Positions 38,143 to 53,311 are shown, numbered from the stretch's first letter. The stretch is 64,000 bases of DNA from Chrysomallon squamiferum (GCA_012295275.1 CM022676.1:12524001-12588000); one strand, 5' to 3'. Translations and numbers: made by a program. The notes: generated by a model not told the origin, from the letters alone.

Positions 38143-38224
38143 CAGTCGTACCTTGACTTACGAGTTTAATTCGTTTCGTGACCGAGATCGTATCGAAAGA
38201 TGGGGCACTCGTAAGTCGAGGTAC
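38143..38224. mobile_element. Small pogo/Tigger-like MITE remnant
   Basis: TA|CAGTCGTACCTTGACTTACGAGT ... ACTCGTAAGTCGAGGTAC inverted repeat. Confidence 0.65.
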
Positions 38225-38675
38225 CCTTGCGCGCGCACACACACACACAAACAGACACACACACACACACACACACACATTAATACATTTTAAGGTTTTA
38301 TAATAAAAAAATGAATTCGTTTAATATTTATTTTGTAATTACAATTTTATAAAAACATTATTGCTTGTATTTAATTATTAATCACCTTTTCATGATATAC
38401 AATAAAAAGAAAATAATAATAATATCAATCATTATTAAGCATTGATAATTACTGAAGAATGAAGTGTTACTATGGTATTTAATTACTATTAATACTACTA
38501 CTACTAATAATAAAATATTATTTCTTTCGTTTACAGAAGAACAATTATAAGTGAAATAGTAATATCAGTTACATCTGTTGAACAGCAAAATGATATTATA
38601 TATGTTATTTATCAATTACATATTTAGAAGAGAAAAATGGTATTATACTTTATAGTTGTGATTTATCTATTACAG

Positions 38676-39429
38676 CTTCAGAAGAACAGAATGGTTCTAG
38701 TTCTCTGCTTGGTGCAGCTGTAGGCGGAGCTGTTGGTTCTGTGACTGTCATTGTTGTCATAGTGATACTTGTTTTTTTGCTTAGAAGACGTGGACCATTT
38801 TCAAACAAATCTGGTATCTTCTTAAACAATCTGCAAATTGTGATAAATTAAACAATAATAGTAACTGTCTTGTAGGTTATTTTCTTCATTGTGAACCGTT
38901 CAATTATAATAATCTATACCTGAAGATTCTTACCTTTTAGCATAACGGTAAAATAAACAAAAAACAGACATAATATTTCACAAATATTACATGAAATTAT
39001 GTTGTAGTATTAATATTTGTAGTACTTATACTAACAGCAGTAGTAGTGGTTGTTGCTGTTTTTGTAACAGTTCAGTATTTTCCTGAACACAATTCTAAAT
39101 GTTGTAATGTTATGTCTATCAGTTTCTGATTTCTATTACCTTTACAGTTACGGAACATCCTAGTCCAGTTAGAGACCAAACATACGAAGGACTTCAACAA
39201 CACAGAGAATACTCAAGAACTGAGATGTATGAAAATCTGAGACAAACTGGTACACATAATTATATTTCTTAACCTGTAATGAAATCAGTGTTATTTTAGA
39301 GAGATTACATTTTATTTAAACGTTTAAAATTATTTCAGGTGCTGTAAATCAGGTCTGCAAGAAAGCAGAGAAGAACAACAATACACTAAACTGAACCTGT
39401 ATGAAAATCTAAAGAAAAGTGACAAATGA
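38676..39429 (+). CDS. Gene D: TM exon plus two cytoplasmic exons with four YxxL motifs; no ectodomain seen
   Basis: Exons 38676-38813 (LLGAAVGGAVGSVTVIVVIVILVFLL-RRR), 39148-39249 (YEGL-x11-YENL) and 39353-39429 (YTKL, YENL, stop); AATAAA near 39583 and 39707. Confidence 0.85.
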
Positions 39430-40057
39430 TATTATTATAATGAAAGTAACTTTACATTGTGGATGTTTTTAATCAATATTATAGATACTGTATTATATCT
39501 GCTTACACTGATACTTCACGTTTTCTTTGAAAGAAGCTAAATTAAATAAACAGAAACTAATTGTTTAACTGTGATATAATACAATAAAAGAAAATATTTT
39601 CTGGTGAAAAGAAACACCAATCGTGCCAGACGTTTTCTTGAAAACACAGTTCTAAGGAATTGCTTTTGTAAATTGAAGATAAAGAGAGAATTCTAATATT
39701 ATTATGAATAAAGGAATTGAAAATCAAATGTATAAGAAAAATAAATTCATATGTTGACTATATCGTGTAGTCTCTCTTATTTCATACATTTTCACTTGAA
39801 TACATAAAATAACAGACTGATTTCATTTTTCATTTATTTATTTATTAAGTAAATCAGCGTTTGTTCTATTTCGTAAATGTTGATTATATTTCTCGATATT
39901 TGATTTCAAAATAAATATCATGTTAAATTTGTTTTTACTTATCTCATGTTATACTCAATAAATTATACTAAATGTTTTATAGAGTAACGTACATATTATT
40001 ATCATTATTATTAGAATAAACTGAAACAATAACATTTGTTGTAAATTTCATAATAAT

Positions 40058-40116
<59 letters not shown>

Positions 40117-41371
40117 GAGTAACAATAACAATAATAATAAAATAAAATAAATAAATAAACAAAGACGAAGCCACATGTATACACACACAATACGAACAAG
40201 TAGCATACATCCAACATGTGAATTCCTTAGAAAATGGCTATGTTAAGTTAGGAATATCAATCAAGTAAAAATGTCATAGCCCATTTAAGTATGTCTTCTA
40301 AGAATACGAAAAAATCTAAATGTGTTTCTTATATTTCGAATTTCTTAATGTTTTCTTTCTCGGTCGAAAATTAACTGTATCAGAAGAAAAAATACAGCGT
40401 CCACCATGCACGTCATCACAGAAGATTTAAACTGAGAACGAAGTTTGTTTTGCAGTCCACACGTATTCACGTGCAGGAGAGATTTTTATCGATTAGATTT
40501 TCCATTAAAACGAGCTGAATAATAAATAAATAAATAATAATAATATTACAAAACCTAGGAATAAAAAAATATATATATATATTTTCCAATACAGATGTGT
40601 GTATGTCTATGTGTGTGTGAGCGCGCGCGCATTTCTATAAAACGAAAAACAAAAATTCGTATACTAATAAAAAGAAAAGAAAGGTATACACGTAAACAAC
40701 ACATATAAATTGCTAATTTCATAAAGAAAGATGTTGCTGTTCAAAGGTATGGAATTGCGATTTTAGGAACAACACTTTTGAGAAGAATTAAACATCAAGT
40801 ATTATTACAGTGTGCATTAGATGAAAAAATGAAACCTTTCGTTCTTAATAAACAAATAAAAACGCATTCACATATAAATACGCACACTACAAACAAGCAC
40901 GTATACATGCAACATGTGGCCGGGAATTTTCATATTAATGGTGAAGAGCAAACCTCACATTTGAATAAAACTGCGGTAATTAGTTATTCAAATTTTCTTG
41001 CGAACTTGTCACTTTGTCCTAACTAAATCACAGAAACAAATAATTTTTACAGCTTATGTCAAAAGAAGCCAAGTTCATCGTAAAAATTCCTAAAAGAGTA
41101 AAACATACAAAAACAAAATGTCCTCCAATAATAAATAAATTTAGTTCAAAAGATATTTCTTTATTCTTGAAAATCTATTGTTTGATTAATATTTTTATTT
41201 TCATTAACAAACTTTATTTACATTAGAAGGTAGCCTTGAGAAATGTAATGCAGACAACTGAAAGTAGATTCCTTAAAAAATGAATATGTTCATGTTGATT
41301 ACTTTTTTGTATTTATTTATTTATTTAGTTATTTATTTTATTTTACTATTTTAAAATATATTTCTTAAGTT

Positions 41372-41411
<40 letters not shown>

Positions 41412-41415
41412 TCAG

Positions 41416-41509
<94 letters not shown>

Positions 41510-42044
41510 AATTTAAGACATATATATATATATATATATATGCCTCATTTAGATAAATAATAATTGTTGATGCAATAATCATAATTGGTATTTTAAAAAT
41601 CAAAGTCAAGTCAATAAGTGAGTTGTCAAATTCTAGTGTAGTTATCAGACATACATTTTATGTTGAGTAAAAATGTACTGTATGTGAGGAAATGGATTAA
41701 ATTTAAATACATTTACTCTTGTGTGTAAGTTACAAATGAATCATTTTAAGTATCGTACATAATGCTTCATCAGGTTATATATTAAAAATTTAAACTGAGA
41801 CTGTATCCTAGTAATTCTGACCGAGGTCTAAACCCTCTTTGTAAAAAAAAAAAGAATTAACAAAATATTTAAAACATTTTTATTCAATTAATAATTAATT
41901 AATATCCATCATATTCTTTATTATGTTTTATGAAATATTTGCATTTAAATCTGTTCCTACCCTTGATAAGCAAGGCCCTGTATTTACTGAATTAATTTGT
42001 TTTATTTATTTATTTATTTTATTATTTGTTATTGTCCTTGTTAA

Positions 42045-42089
<45 letters not shown>

Positions 42090-43590
42090 TATTGTTGTTT
42101 TATTTGATTTTTTATTTAGTTTTTTATTCTAAAACACATTTTAGACATTTGACATGTTTTATCTACAAAATATTTCTAACCCAAGTCTTAGCCATACCCA
42201 CAACCATAACTCTAAATATGTCACAAAATAAAGTCTAGGAAACAGAAAGGGAAACTATTTCTACTACTACTGCAACTACAAGTATTATACTACTAATAAT
42301 AAATACATAAACAAAAAAGAAACAAAAAAGATTGAAACAACAAACTATTTTATTTTTCATTTATTAAGAAAGGAAGAAAGATTATGTAGATAACAAATTC
42401 ATTTTAATTTGATATTTATTCCATATTGTGATCATATTTTAATTTTTAATATATAAATGTAAAGCTTGAATAAGAAATAAAACTAAATTAAATTAAATTA
42501 AAAAAAGTTAAACAAATACTGAATAACATTTCTAAACTAAGTAAATGAAAAGAAAAAGTGCAAATTATAATTATTTTGTCATAAAAGCCAAAAATTGTAA
42601 AACGTTAGTACTTAAAGTAACTTCATATTAATTTAGTATTATTGTCATTATTATTATTACTAGTATTATTTTATTATTATATTATTATTATTATTATTAT
42701 TATATGGAGGGGAGATTAATGAGTAGAATAAAACAAATATATTACTAGCACTGATAAAAATGAATAAATAAATAAAATAAAAGGAAAAGAAAAGCAAAAT
42801 ATATACATTTAGGATAGTTTCAAGAAAAAGGAAATTAACGGTCTAAGGGGAATAACTCTAAAATATAATTTCGGAACAGTCACTTTGCTTGTACGTTTAA
42901 TTAATTTTAATTTTCTCTTATTCCTTAATATTGGAATAAATGTAATTATTGAGTTCTTGTTTTCAGTATTTTTTAAAACGTAACTATGTTGTAATAGTAT
43001 TAAATTTTGTAACATAGTTAACGAAAACAAGTAATCTGAAAAATCATTTTAGAGTTGTTCCTCTTAGACCATAACATTAATTTGTTTTCCATTTCATACA
43101 AAACCTAGGTATAAACAAATTATATTTTCAAATATAGGTCAGTGTGTGTGTGTGTATGTTTCTATGAACGGTAAAAACAAAAATTCATATACTAATAAAA
43201 ATAAAATAAAGGTACGAATGTAAACAATAAATATAAATTACTAATAAATATAATAAATGTATATTCCTTCCTTTCGAAAAACTTACTTTAAACATTAAGT
43301 TTTCATATAATTTTACCTTTTTTATATTTTTAGCAATATTGTGTAAAATGGCCATTTCTGACTAGATCGCAATCCTAAAATAGAGTTATTCCTCTTAGAC
43401 CGTTAAGTTACTAATTTATGGTATTGAATAAAAGTCCTTCTCTGATAATAGTTAATTTATAATGATAAAAATAAAACGACGCCTATTATTCCAACAATAT
43501 TTTAAAATGTCTTTTTAACAAATATATTGTATACAAAGTTTCTTTTACTCAGAAGCATTTTTTAAGCATTTTGCGGCATTTTTAAATAGA

Positions 43591-43972
43591 GTTATTTCCC
43601 TTATACCGTAAATTTGCTAAATTTGTCGACTTTTTATTTATTTATTTATTTATTATTATTATTATTATTCCGTAAATATTTCATTAACCGCCTACATTAT
43701 TAACAATAATTTCATTTTCTTCAGTTGTTTAATGCAACATTTTTATTATCGTAACATCCACCGAGAAAAAAACAAAAACATTACACACACACACACACAC
43801 ACAATAAATAAATATTTCATATTAAACACAATTTATTTCTTTGTTTCTTTATTATACTGTTGAGTTATCCTGCTGAATAAGTCTAAAATTGGAACGTATT
43901 TTTATCTTTTTTAAGTATTATTTCCCTTATACCGTAAATTTGCTAAATTTGTTGACTTTTTATTTATTTATT

Positions 43973-44048
<76 letters not shown>

Positions 44049-44300
44049 CATAAATATTTCATTAATCGCCTACATTATTAACAATAATTTCATTTTCTTC
44101 AGTTGTTTAATGCAAATTTTTTATTTTCGTAACTTGAACCGTGAAAAAACAACAACCATTAAACATTACACACACACACACACACACACACAATAAATAA
44201 ATAAAATATATTAAACACAATTTATTTCTTTGTTTCTTTAATATACAGTTCAGTTATACTGCTGAATTAAGTCTAAAATTAGAACGTATTTTTATCTTTT
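43591..44300. repeat. Tandem duplication of ~330-380 bp
   Basis: TTATTTCCCTTATACCGTAAATTTGCTAAATTTGT... unit at ~43591 and ~43918; copies differ mainly in microsatellite length. Confidence 0.85.
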
Positions 44301-44476
44301 ACATTTTACAGAAATATCTACTTTTTTTTCTTTCTGGTCCCTCATTGTAAGTGTAAACTGTGCGAGTCAAATGTCAAAATTAGGTGTTTCCCCGGTCTGC
44401 GTCCATCCAATCAGCGTCTCTGTTCGACATAGCAACTAGGAAGTTGATATTTTATTTTCTCATAAGGTGGCCTGAA

Positions 44477-44521
<45 letters not shown>

Positions 44522-44814
44522 TTGTTTTATTATTTACTATAATTTTTCTTAATATGGGCTTTATATAATATGTATCTGTCTCACTCGCTCTCTCTTTTCC
44601 CCCCGTCCTCTTTCTATTTCTTTTCCAAATATTAGAGAGAGAGAGAGAGAGAGAGATAAAATTATCAATTTCTCGTTCCAGCCACAGGCTCTAGTGTGGT
44701 TTATTAAATGATGTGGTATGTTGATCCTGTCTGTGAAAACCGTGTTGTTGTTAATCAAATAACTTATTTTAGTCGTCACAACATTTCCTCTGTCAGTCTG
44801 AAACTTAACAGCAC

Positions 44815-45386
44815 AAGATGACTGACAGAAACTGGTAAAATAAAACATTTCTTCTTTTTAACATGTGAACTGTCGTCTGCTGCGTTATCAGCCGAGACTA
44901 CAATAATATTACTACTACTATCACTACTCTATAGTAATAAATAAATAAATAAGTAAATAAGTAAATAAATAAATAAATAAATACAAAAAAAGTAAATAAA
45001 TAAACAAAGAAACAAAGAGCAAGTACATAAGAAAATAAACAAATGAAGAATGAATGAAAGGAATGAAAACAAATAAGGAAAGAAAATGAAAAATGAAAAG
45101 AGTAATATAATATAATAATATTATAAACATAAGTATACTAAACAAATAAAAAACAAACAAACAAATAGGTGCATACGAGAATAAATAAATGAAGAAAGAA
45201 AGAAAGAGAAATAAAAAATAAAACGAAGGAAAGAAAATTAAAAAGTAGAAAGAGTAAAATAAATTTTCTTCTCTTTCTCAAATGATTTCGTGTTTCAGTC
45301 GCTTCGAAAAAACGGAAAGCAATTGTAATTATCATTTTTGTTGCTGTTACAACTGTTATCCCATACTTTTTTTTATATTATCTTTT

Positions 45387-45422
<36 letters not shown>

Positions 45423-46150
45423 CTGAAATAATGTTATACCAAGACCCTGGTCTGTTTGTATCATGAATGCATTGATCATTTTTTCAATTTTTATTTTTAA
45501 CTATTAGCATATCATTCGAAATGCGTCCTTTTCGATACAGGGAAGTTCTTTTATTTCTTTGTTATCGAAGGAATAAAAAAACACATAAATATATCTTTAT
45601 GTCATATGCAACAATTCTGTTAAGTCATGTAGTTTTATCATTAATGGATCACACTCTGAACTCTATTGAAAACAGTTTTTATTCATACTGAATTGCTTTA
45701 TTTGAAGTAATTCTTATACAAAATACAGCAAATGCTGTATGATGGGCGTTTTCTCTTATTTTTCACAATACTATTGAACTATAACGTGCAGCTTTTCTGC
45801 TAAAAATTTCAAAAGCCTTCAATTTGCAATTATACTCATGTCACAGTAAACTCATGGGAACATACTTTAATAGTGGTGGGTAACACAGCTGGGGGGGGGA
45901 GTTGCTGTATCTTCCACATAATCCCCACTAGCCTCCTAACATCATTTTATTTCAGAAATTAGTTTTGTTAACGTTTGGTATGCAAAAGTGCATATGATTT
46001 TTCAGTCTGTTAAAATAATAAGAATTAGTCTTTCTATCTGTCTATCCATCTCTCCTAAATACATATGAAGAAACAGACACACATAAGCAAACACTCATAC
46101 ATATACAAATACAGGAATACACATTTTTAGATGCATATTTACATAGATAT
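44815..46150. repeat. Segmental duplication copy 1 (~1.3 kb)
   Basis: Collinear similarity to 51918-53090, e.g. CAGAAACTGGTAAAATAAAACATTTCTTC and TCATTCGAAATGCGTCC. Confidence 0.85.
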
Positions 46151-46678
46151 ACGTACACATATGTAATGAAGAAATGTAAATTAATTTCTATATTTGACAT
46201 ATAGCTTCTAATCTTTTCTAATTTCTTTCTAGATTTGCTTTAATTTCTAAAAGTGAATAATGTGCTACAGAAATGTGTAACAAACTCTAGTTCAGTTAAG
46301 ATATTCTATATTTATGTAACGTTCTATGAATTTGTGAAGGAAAAATAAAACATAATACAAATGCTGCTGAACTTCTCACAAACTTAGATTACTAATATGT
46401 AACTGTTAATACAAATATAAACTGAAAGTGGAAAACAATAAAATGTTTAAATATGTCTGCATAATGACTTAATTAGGAAAGATGTAGGTATTTATAAAAC
46501 ATTTGTCTATTTTATTTCTGAATTAACTAAACATAAAAACTGTGTAATGTAAAATAGATGGGTAATGTATCACAGATGAATAGCAATGCACATGCATGCA
46601 AGTAAACAATACATATGCACATATACAGACACATATAAACACATATAATCACATGCTAACAATTATAGAGATTCAAAC

Positions 46679-46778
<100 letters not shown>

Positions 46779-47387
46779 GAATCAAATAGATTTAACCTTA
46801 CACTGACAAAGCAAACAAAAAGCAAATTTTTTTTAATTAACAGAAACAAGGACACTAAAGTAGTCTGAGATGCATCAGATTCACTGTTATAACTGGAGTG
46901 AAATCATGGTTAAAAATACTTTAGTCTAGTTGATTGTATTGTTCTTTATTATAGGACTGTAACATGTACATTTTCCTTCTATCTATTTTGCTATAGGAGA
47001 AATGTGATCTGTGATGTACACATCTTTTCAAATAGATGTTTAAATGTTACACTATCCCTCATAACAAGCCAGCTTAATTATTACAGTTTGAAGTTAGTAA
47101 TGTTAACAAATATTGTAAATTACAATTTTATTATTTAATCTAATCACAAAATATCTGATACATATCTATAGTTATTATTTTTATTATTTTCATTTTTTTA
47201 TTAAAAGGAATAAAGTATGGAGTAAAATGCATAATATACTAAAAACAAGTCGATGCTGACTCAGCTAAGATAATTATTACATCGATTTATTTCACTATGT
47301 TTTAGTATCATTATCAAAACTGAACTGAAGATTAATTTTAATTATATTCACCATTATCATTCTAGTTAATGTGATCCTTCTACTTAC

Positions 47388-48249
47388 ATGATTTCAGTTT
47401 TGACTCTGTTTTGTGTGAAACACAAGATGGAATAAAACATTGTCACAGAAAAAAATTCTAAATACCATCTATTACTTAAATAATTACAAGCTTGTTAAAG
47501 GAAGAAGTGGAGTACACACATGTATATATGTATACAAACACTTACTGACAGACTGTGTTGTTTCTGCTGTTGTAAATTATATTACAATACATTAAAACAT
47601 TTAAAAATGTATAAAAAATGTTATCTGCAGGAAAACTAGCAGTAAACAGAAAAATAAATGAAAAAGTAAGCTAACTTTAAAATAAAAACATAAATCTAAG
47701 AATGACATAACAAAGTAAATTTCCTAAAAGTAGAACAAAATAAAATAAAAAATAAAAAGTCTGGGCTGCATGTTTTGATAAAATTGGAGTTAGTAACTTT
47801 AACAAATGTATTAAAGTATAAGTTTAATGTAATAACAATTTTTTATTTTTATTTTAGGAGTAAAGGAAGGGATGAGGCATATCAGTATGTAAAACTCCAA
47901 CGAAGTGACAGTTATATAACTAACATGTATTCATATAAAAGTACCAATTAATATAATAATATTAACGCAGATTTATACCTAAATAGTAAAGTAATATTAA
48001 AAATTAGGTAAATTTTCAAACTGGAGTTGATCTGAAAAATTATATATTTGTCACCAATACCAATATTATAACAATTATTATTATTCAATTTACATTATTG
48101 ATTTTGCGTTATAAGATTTTAGAGTCTTTATAGTAAGACCAGTGGAATGTGAACAGAGGTTACTTGAATGATTAGCACAGGGTCAGGGGAGAAATGGGAT
48201 GTATGTAACTTACTGCTTGATGGTGTTGTTCCTACTGTTGTTGTTGATT
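47388..48249 (-). CDS. Candidate Ser/Thr stalk microexons (48214-48249, 47546-47566, 47388-47405)
   Basis: Each is AG|...|GTAAGT, 36/21/18 nt, phase 1-1: ESTTTVGTTPSS, AETTQSV, ESKLKS. Confidence 0.45.
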
Positions 48250-48908
48250 CTAATATAAACACATTAAAATAAATAAAATAAGAAATGCAAATGAATTAAT
48301 CTTTTGTACAATGAAAAAGTCAATAAATGGAGTAAATACATTTTAAAAATGAAAAACAAAAATATCCAACAAATAATAATATTATTATTACTATACTTAT
48401 CATTATGTAATATCAAAGGACAAGCTAATGTTAGAAGTGTAGTCTGATTACTAAAACTAGACAAGTAACAGTAATATCTAATTCAAGATATAATTTCAGA
48501 TAATAAATCAGGAATACAATTATATCAAATGTAAATATTCTGTTTAGTATCATTAAAACATTCTTACAGCACATTCAACAACAAAATACACTGACAGCAC
48601 AGGTCAGCAATTCCATATTGGTAAATTCTGAGTTCAGGCCAAAAATACTGAAAAGGGTTTATTTGTAAAAAAAAATAATAATAAAAATAAAAATCTCTAC
48701 ATTATATAAAATCAAAGTTTGTAATAATAACACTGATGCCCTATCTGTGGGGGAATACAAGAAACAGAAAATAAACTGGGGTTTGAAGTTACTCACAGTT
48801 TTAGTTAATATATTTTTAATCTGTTATAGAAGTTCTTAATGCAAACATAATCAAGATCGTTTAAAAGGTTTCACAGTGTATAAAAAAAACAGCAGATTTT
48901 GCAGATTT

Positions 48909-48939
<31 letters not shown>

Positions 48940-49243
48940 ATGCATTAAGCTATAAATTTATCTATGGTAATAAGCTTAATAATTTGGAATACTCAGTCTG
49001 TAAGAAAAACTATCAATACAGACATTTTTTAAAAACTAATGTTTTGTTATATCAGAGATAAAAGACAGAAATGAAGTGTTCCTTGCTTAGTTAAGCGGAA
49101 TCCATAAACAATCAATACATTTAGAATTTAATTAAAATAACCTATCATGTTGTGTAGTAGCTAAGTGTATTGATCTGAATCATATAAAACGTTTGGAATT
49201 AAAATCAATTAAATTTGAAATTCCTTAATTTGTTATTTGTTTT

Positions 49244-49772
49244 TCACATTAATGGGGTAACATGTATCTGTGAATGTTGTTCAGTGTGATAATCAACATC
49301 ATTGTAATTCTGTCTGGCAGGATGTTGGGTGACTGTTGTACTGCCACTTTTATCATCAACTTCATTCAGTGAATCAGTGACTGACTGTTGACAATCTTCA
49401 GATCTTGTTTGTTCTTTACAGACATCTTTACTAGCAGGTTGACTTGCATGTTGTATAGTGATTTCATTACGTGAGTAATCTTCAGACCTTTCATCCTCTT
49501 CATCATTCCCTTGATACCTGGGTGAAGATTCATTAGCAGTCCTAACGTTGACAGACTGTGAACTTTCTACATCTTTATTGTGACGTTTTTTGAAAATGTT
49601 CTCTTGGACGCTAGAATTTTCTTCTGCTTTGCTAACAGTAAAAACTGTTGTCTCAGTTTGAATCTTTTCAATGTTCCTTTCACTGTGCAGTTCAACATTT
49701 TCAGTTTTATTATTTTATTTGTGCTTTTGTTTCTCAGTGATATCAAACAATATGTTACGATTATACAAAGAC
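49244..49772 (-). CDS. Large hydrophilic terminal-type exon of an unidentified gene (156 stop-free codons; one defect near 5' end)
   Basis: Open frame 49714-49244 (NNKTENVELHSERN..DEEDERSEDY..HVTPLM*), missing from the ORF track because it has no start codon; acceptor cag at 49773-49775. Confidence 0.65.
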
Positions 49773-51917
49773 CTGTGACATATAAACAGAATGTCCATGA
49801 CAGTAATAATGAATTTTTGTTTTAAAAGTGCAATATTCACCTTTAAAATGACATAATTATATTTAATGTTTAATTAACACACACACACAACCACACACAC
49901 GCACATCAAAATAATTCTACATTAAATGACTTTTGTTTCAGTTTCAGTATTTTTCTAGATGGCTGAACATTTTTGCCTTTAAATGGTTTGAACTTCCTTC
50001 TCATGCAATTTTGATTCTCTTTCTGAATTTATGCATTTAGAATGGTTTATCACAAATATTTTTATTAGAATCTACACCCAACAAAACGCATGCTCGGAAG
50101 CTAAGTCCATTAGCAGATTATGTCCCATGTGTTGGACACGCATTCAGTTAGGTGGGTCAGTTGGCATCCTCATCGTGCGTACAAGCATGCATTGTTCTTT
50201 GATTTCATACACTGATTTACTGTTTGAGAACAAATAACTGTGTTTAAAAGATAAAAAGCACAAAAATCACTATAAATGGGCTATAGTCAAATAAACAACG
50301 TCATCGACAGTATTGCTGCAGATGAAAACCAGAAAGGTGAATGTCGTCGACAAGAAGCACGCGAGTTGGCAGCAATGATGGACCGATTGTAAACTAAATG
50401 TATTCTGGCAACACGTGTTGGATATATTCCAGATGTACAGAATTAGCCTGCAGTCAGCAGACCAAACTTAAACACTTAGTGCGGCAAACAAACTTCTACA
50501 GATCGTGGCACTTCTCAACACGGAGTTTGGCAAGCGGGCTACGACAACTGACCCGAGTGCTTCTCAGTCAGATGCTGCAGCTGATGATCAGGACAACACG
50601 GCGATGTCAGGCGTCGAGCCATTGGAGCTGCTCATCTACCGTCCAGCAGAGATCACAACATTCAATCATGTTTTCTTAAATTGAAATTGTATTTGTGTAT
50701 TATGGTTACAAACTGCACGGTAGAGCATTCATTTTCCAAACTGCGCCGCATAAAAAAATACACAAAGAAAGACGATGGGTAAAAAACGTTTAAATATATT
50801 GACGTTGATGAGCATCGAATACGAGTTGTTGAGAACGGTTGACACTACTTCCATTATAAAATACTTTGCTCATATGAAATCTGGAAGGCGCGATATATAA
50901 CTTAATCTGAGCCTGGCATTTTCACTGGTTTTTAATACTGTTGGCATTATTTCTTTTGTTTTGACAATACATCTGACTGATTGTTCAAACATTAAGGTGT
51001 GTTTATGTTGTATGTAAAGCTATGATAATAGTGGGCGTGGATTGAGGGGGAGCATTTACTTTTGTAACTAGTCGATAGTAGGGCTTATGCTATGTTTTGC
51101 TACAAACACTGCAGTTGGTTAATCCGGCTCTGCTGATAGCGCTGTAGTGTGAAAGTGGGAAGGAGCCAATTGATTTAACAGAGCTGAGGCAGCATTAGAT
51201 TTAACAAGATCATCTCTGCTGAGTGAGCCCATTGTATTATCTCACGTAGCTTCTAGTGTTAAATGCGGGTTTTCTACAAATAATCTCTAACAAACAAACA
51301 AATTAATTAATTAAATTATAAAAAATACAAAATAAATTTAATTTATTAAACTTTTGCATTTAAATGAATCAAAATAGAAATGTTACATTCAGTAGTAAAT
51401 GTAGTCACTACTTACACTGAACAGCACAAATGAAAAAAATGGTTTTGTTTATTATCACAAAATTATGATGTGACTGAAGTTGAAAAGTAAGCCCCTTTTA
51501 AATTTTATTTTTTATCTATAGATTAGTCTTATAATAAAAGCCAATATTAATATTTTAGACAGAATCAGTGAAAATTTGTTTAACATGTTATCTGATGTTA
51601 ATGCTCTGAATGCGATGATAACTGCACAAACTAGAAAACAGAATACATTAACACTATACTAACAATTACTGAGATCAAATGAATTAAAGGTTGAATATTA
51701 TCTGTATCCAACCTTGTTAAGTCATTAGTGAGAAATCATCAAAGTGATCAGTGTCTTCACACAGATGGGTTTCATTAATAATAATATACAACTAAAGATA
51801 AACTGAACAAATTTGTTATTTCAGAAGAGTTTAACAAACTGATTGCCCTTCGTATGATCTGTACCTATGAAGTGGCTCTCATGTTCAAAATGCTTGGTGA
51901 CCCCTGATTTAGAGCAG

Positions 51918-53090
51918 AAGATGACTTACAGAAACTGGTAAAATAAAACATTTCTTCGTTTTGACATGTGAACTGGCGTCTGCTGCATTATTAACCAAGA
52001 CAACAATTCTATTACTACTACTGTTACTACTACTACTAGTAATATAACTACTAAGAAAGAAAGAAATAAAATAAAAAATAATAAGGTAAACAAAATTGAA
52101 AAATGAAAATAATTAAATAATTTTTCCTCTCTTGATTAACTAATTCGGAAACGACGGATAACTGTTGTAATTATAATTATAACTGTCATGTCATTTTGTT
52201 ATATCATCTTTCTTGTTTGTCTGGAAATAACGTTATACCTAGATCCTGGTCTGTTTGTGTCATGAATGCATTGATCGTTTTTATTTTATTTTATTTATTT
52301 ATTTATTTTTTTTAACAATTACCATGTCATTCGAAATGCGTCCTGTTCGATACAGGGAAGTTCTTTTATTTCTCTGTTATTGAAGGGATAAAAAATATAT
52401 AAAAATGATTTTGGTATTGATTTAGGTGAGTTTAGGGACATAAATATATCTTTATGTCATATGCAACAATTCTGTGAAGGCATGTAGTTTCAGTAGAGAG
52501 AGATGCTATTTTAAAACATGACCGACAAAATTAGTCATAGTATTATTATTAATGGATTATACTCCAGACTCTATTGACAAGTTTTTATTCATTCTGAATT
52601 GCGTTATTTGAAGTAATTGTTATACAAACTACAGCAGTAATACTGTATACTGGGCGTAGTCTCTTACTTTTCACTATATAATTGAACTATATAATGTGCA
52701 GCAGTCAGTGCTTGAAGCTTTTCTGTCCAACATTTTAAAAAGCCTTCAGTTTGCAATTTTACTCATTTGACATTAAACTCACTGGAACACTTTAATAGTG
52801 GTGGGGCGGTAACATAGGTGGAGGGGAGTTGTTGTATCTTCCATTATGATCTCCATTAGCACCCAACATAATTTCCACTTTTAATTTTAATACAGTAATT
52901 ACTTTTGTTAACCGTTCGTCTGCACAACTGCATATCTATCTATCTGTCTATCTATCTATCTATCTATATATCTATACATATTAAGAAACCAGTGCACACA
53001 CGCAAACACTCATATATAAACAAACACACGTATGCACACTTATACAAACACACACATACACTTACATGCATATAGATGCACATATATTTA
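51918..53090. repeat. Segmental duplication copy 2
   Basis: Direct diverged copy of 44815-46150. Confidence 0.85.
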
Positions 53091-53311
53091 GATATTATAT
53101 ATGCATATAATAAATACATAGAAATACACACGCAAACAGAAACACACCACCACGATTTAAATGTCAGCCCCTCCTATAAGAAATGATGGAACTGCCGTTG
53201 TTAGAGATTCGTACAAGGAAAATTATTGTAGTGTTGTTCCTGGTTATACAATTACCGAGGCTGTTACAGTGAATATGACAAAGCAGTATTTGTCAGCGTT
53301 TTCTTTTTTTA

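Noticed and set aside
50270-51200. Possible hAT C-terminal remnant and ORF 50398-50679
   Set aside because: Similarity too faint to call, and no termini identified.
52320-52490. LRR-like peptides (REIKELPCIEQDAF, HAFTELL) on the minus strand
   Set aside because: Short, interrupted by stops and without a coherent exon structure.
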